A stretch of DNA of 1,000 bases. Source: Escherichia coli. Lineage in GTDB: Bacteria; Pseudomonadota; Gammaproteobacteria; Enterobacterales; Enterobacteriaceae. Shown here in pieces: positions 1-1,000 of the stretch (position 1 is its first letter; each line of letters begins with the position of its first letter). A program made the translations under genes and the position numbers. Below the pieces are notes generated by a model. It saw only the letters and a list, made by a program, of their open reading frames with translations, had not been told where the DNA came from and made no database searches. The stretch lies in NCBI RefSeq assembly GCF_003334765.1, contig NZ_QOWT01000091.1. One strand, written 5' to 3'.

Positions 1-1000
1 TCATTGCTGCCATTCATCGCGAATACAAGCAGACATGGAAAACACTGGATGACGAACTGGCCTACGCTCTCTGGCCTGGTGATGTGGATGCCGGAAACAT
101 TGACGGCAGCATCCATCGCTGGGCAAAAAATGAAGTTATCGACAACGACCGCGAAGACTGGAAGCGTATCTCGGCATCAATGCGCAAACAGCCTGATGCC
201 CTTCGCTACGACCGCCAGACTATTTTTGGCCTTGTCCGTGAACGTCCGATCGACATTCACAAAGACCCTGTGGCACTGAACAAATACATTACTGAATACC
301 TGACTACAAAGGGCGTGTTTGAAGATGAAGGAACAAATCAGAGCGCAACTGATACTCTCTCGTCGCCAGTACCAGAAACTGATGCAGTGGAAACGGCAAT
401 TCCGGACAACGAAAAAACCGAATGCAAAGTGGAAGTCGAACCATCTGTAGAACGTGAGGGGCCGTTCTACTTCCTCTTCACCGACAAGGATGGCGAAAAA
501 TACGGTCGCGCAAACAAACTTTCTGGTCTGGATAAGGCGCTGTCTGCTGGGGCTACTGAAATCACGAAAGAAGAATATTTCGCCCGCAAAAACGGTACAT
601 ACTCAGGTTCACAACAAAATACTGGTGCATCTGACACGACCGCACAACCAGGGTCAGTAAAAGTTACCGCTGACGAAGTAAACAAAATTATGCAGGCAGC
701 CAATATCAGCCAGCCTGACGCCGATGAACTGCTTGCAGTATCACGTGGTGAATTTGTTGAAGGGATTAGCGACCCGAATGATCCGAAATGGGTTAAGGGG
801 AACCAGACCCGCGATTCTGTGAACCAGAACCAGCAAGAAACGGAACAGAACGACCAGAAAGCGGAACAAAACAGCCCAAATGCGTTACAAAACGAGCCAG
901 AAACGAAACAGCCTGAATCAGTGGCGCAACAGGAAGTGGAAAAAGTCTGCACCGCCTGCGGTCAGACCGGCGGCGGCAACTGCCCTGATTGTGGCGCGGT
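1..1000 (+). CDS. recE: Internal fragment of a long CDS, partial at both ends (first complete codon at 3, last at 996..998); likely RecE-family exodeoxyribonuclease VIII of a Rac-like prophage, non-catalytic central region
   Basis: Hand translation of the frame starting at position 3 gives 332 consecutive sense codons with no stop, while the other two + frames are interrupted. Codon usage is typical of enterobacteria (GAA, AAA, CTG, CGC, GGC, CAG) and the + strand is purine-rich. The translated segments LLAVSRGEFVEGISDPNDPKWVKG (726..800) and KVCTACGQTGGGNCPDCGA (942..998) match my recollection of RecE. Confidence that this is coding is about 0.9; confidence in the RecE assignment is about 0.6 because it is memory-based and unverified. 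Confidence 0.8.
948..992 (+). other. Cys4 motif CxxC-x7-CxxC (C-TA-C-GQTGGGN-C-PD-C), putative zinc-ribbon or zinc-knuckle within the same CDS
   Basis: Read directly from the in-frame translation: Cys codons at 948..950, 957..959, 981..983 and 990..992, with a Gly-rich spacer between the two CxxC pairs. This spacing is characteristic of zinc knuckles. The window ends 8 nt after the fourth Cys, so the downstream context is not visible. Confidence 0.5.

Noticed and set aside
4-279. 91-aa ORF on the + strand in an alternative frame
   Set aside because: It overlaps the 332-codon open frame in a different phase. The translation is Trp/Met/Thr-rich with no recognisable motif, and it terminates while the other frame continues across the whole window. 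Most likely a shadow ORF.
454-660. 68-aa ORF on the + strand in an alternative frame
   Set aside because: Same phase as the 4..279 ORF and entirely overlapping the long open frame. Low-complexity Arg/Ser/Thr-rich translation with no preceding Shine-Dalgarno sequence. Most likely a shadow ORF.
180-692. In-frame ATG codons at 180..182 and 690..692 as possible internal starts, and hexamers loosely resembling -10 elements (TATTTT at 221..226, GAATAT at 573..578)
   Set aside because: Neither ATG has a convincing purine-rich Shine-Dalgarno sequence 5-10 nt upstream, and the -10-like hexamers lack a properly spaced -35 partner. The reading frame is continuous upstream of both, so they are most simply internal Met codons.
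467-952. 161-aa ORF on the minus strand from the supplied track
   Set aside because: It is fully embedded antisense to the long + strand frame. Its translation is dominated by Ser, Phe, Cys and Trp, the typical signature of reverse-complemented GAA/AAA/CAG-rich coding sequence. Its openness is explained by T depletion on the + strand, since minus-strand stops require TTA, CTA or TCA on the + strand. No upstream ribosome-binding site is evident.
959-969. Palindrome CGGTCAGACCG, with flanking CCGCC (952..956) and GGCGG (969..973) inverted repeats
   Set aside because: It lies inside the coding frame and results from the Cys/Gly codons of the CxxC motif. The 1-nt centre cannot form a hairpin loop and there is no downstream T-tract, so it is not a terminator.
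1-1000. Search for tRNA or ncRNA genes, CRISPR repeats, IS-element terminal inverted repeats, or a multi-gene novel system
   Set aside because: No spaced direct repeats, no cloverleaf-compatible segments and no intergenic region were found. The window is continuous coding sequence of one gene, so nothing here supports a separate novel system.

Overview
The whole window is the interior of a single protein-coding gene on the + strand: the frame whose codons start at position 3 runs 332 codons to the window end without a stop, and both gene ends lie outside the window. From memory, the 3' third (about 720..1000, translating to ...LLAVSRGEFVEGISDPNDPKWVKG... and ...KVCTACGQTGGGNCPDCGA) resembles the central region of prophage exodeoxyribonuclease VIII (RecE, Rac-type lambdoid prophage of enterobacteria), just upstream of its C-terminal nuclease domain. 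I could not run a search, so this assignment is a recollection, not a database result. The three ORFs in the supplied track (4..279 +, 454..660 +, 467..952 -) all overlap this frame and look like compositional shadow ORFs. I see no RNA genes, CRISPR array, mobile-element ends, intergenic space or convincing regulatory sites. The window does not contain a multi-gene system; what is worth a second look is inside the protein: a possible mosaic boundary, a Cys4 knuckle at the 3' edge, and a T-free low-complexity linker.
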